Shown here piece by piece: positions 62,833 to 64,000 of a stretch of DNA of 64,000 nucleotides. The stretch is from Balanoglossus misakiensis (lineage: Eukaryota; Animalia; Hemichordata), in NCBI GenBank assembly GCA_040954595.2, contig CM082592.2, forward strand, positions 6,303,531 through 6,367,530, given 5' to 3'. The notes beneath the pieces were generated by a model. That model was not told the DNA's origin, ran no database searches, and saw only the letters and a list, made by a program, of their open reading frames with translations. The translations under genes were made by a program, and so were the position numbers. Each line of letters opens with the position of its first letter. Positions within the stretch are counted from its first letter, which is position 1.

Positions 62833-63797
62833 TACTACAGCGATTTATAGATTTTTTGGCATGGTTCATGCAGTTACTGTGGTCATGTTTTTTTACTGTA
62901 GACATTTAAGGACTCATTATGACTGAAGGTCAGTCAATCCAGGACGTGTTTATGCATAAGCCAGCAGTGGTCTCTTTCCATTTGTCAAATATTGCATTGT
63001 ATAACGGGGAGGGGGATGGGACACACATATTAATCGAAGACGATGACCAAAATTGACTTGGGCAAAGACACTATTGGATTGACTTGTTTTCAAGGCAGTA
63101 CAGCACTGCCTATCACACTTCCTGCTTTGAGTTAAGACCCCTGCTTGCCAAGCAGTAATATTTTTTTAGTCGCCCATTTACAGTTTTAGTACATAGTATT
63201 TGTTTAGCTTGTTACATTCAGTACAGATATTTGAATTTAATGGCTTATACGCTGGGTGCATATACCCTCATTGTTTGATCAAAGTTTCAACCCGGAAGTG
63301 TTTCCGAAATCCTCATTAACCCATGAATACATACCACAATGATTTGTGCAATGTTTCAACATACATTACTAATTTATGAGATTTTTTCCTTCATTTCAAG
63401 AAGTACTAATGTAAAATCTCTTCAGTGTTTTCTCATAAAATCTGAATGGGAAGCAAATCAGTATTTATGTTCATATAATAATTATACAGAAATTTCAGTT
63501 TCATATCCTTTCTGGTTTATTGTGTTTTCAAAGAAAGATAAATTTATCACAGAAGTGTTTTTAAAACCGTTATTTATACAGAAGACATTTTACTTCCATA
63601 GGTCAAATACCCGTATACATTATTTATAAGATGTTATTTCAACTTTCACTGACATTCCAACTTTTTACCCCTCCCCTTCACAGAGACATGTCTTAGATGT
63701 CTGATCTATATACAGCCACCCCACTGCTTGGTTCAGAGAAATTTTACTGTTGTTATTTTGGCTTCATATCTTTTCTTACATGTCTGTTGCTTTTGAC

Positions 63798-63803
63798 AAT
63801 AAA
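63798..63803 (+). terminator. Candidate polyadenylation signal for METTL16
   Basis: AATAAA ~970 nt after the stop codon, followed by TG-rich sequence. Confidence 0.45.
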
Positions 63804-64000
63804 AACACATCTTGTGTACATTGCACCACATGGATGTCTGTCTGCGTTGTCACATGCAAAAGTGCACCACCACATGTACTTGACTTAATTAGTTGTGAAG
63901 TTTAAAGGTACAGGGTCACCTCAAATTTACATATGTCCATAATTGGCTAAATTGGTGTATTTGAGTGTTCTAAAGAATGGTGGGCTGTTTTTTGCATGTG

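Noticed and set aside
62833-64000. Search for the METTL16 target nonamer TACAGAGAA (autoregulatory hairpin) in UTRs
   Set aside because: No exact copy seen by eye on either strand, only partial matches such as cacagagaa at ~38094.

Overview
Intron-rich animal genomic DNA. It is probably an invertebrate deuterostome such as a hemichordate or lancelet; this is inferred from protein similarity, intron positions and repeat style, not proven. I assembled five spliced genes by hand from GT-AG boundaries with consistent phases: SMIM14 (+, 4 coding exons), CLUH/clueless (+, 30 exons, ~1444 aa, 13-kb first intron), an unnamed type I membrane protein (-, signal peptide, LamG-like domain, kringle split by a Ser/Thr-rich insert, TM, acidic tail, ~544 aa), PAFAH1B1/LIS1 (-, 10 exons, 407 aa) and METTL16 (+, 7 exons, ~616 aa). 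CLUH, LIS1 and METTL16 have the same order and relative orientation I recall for human 17p13.3, and the unnamed receptor gene sits between CLUH and LIS1. Non-coding features include a young non-autonomous DNA transposon with an 8-bp TSD, several MITEs, ERR/DR1-type nuclear-receptor motif clusters in CLUH intron 1, CTCF-like motifs and a compact LIS1/METTL16 bidirectional promoter. I saw no rRNA, tRNA or CRISPR array. Most ORFs in the supplied track are spurious or are exon fragments. All homology calls rest on motif recognition from memory, with no database search.
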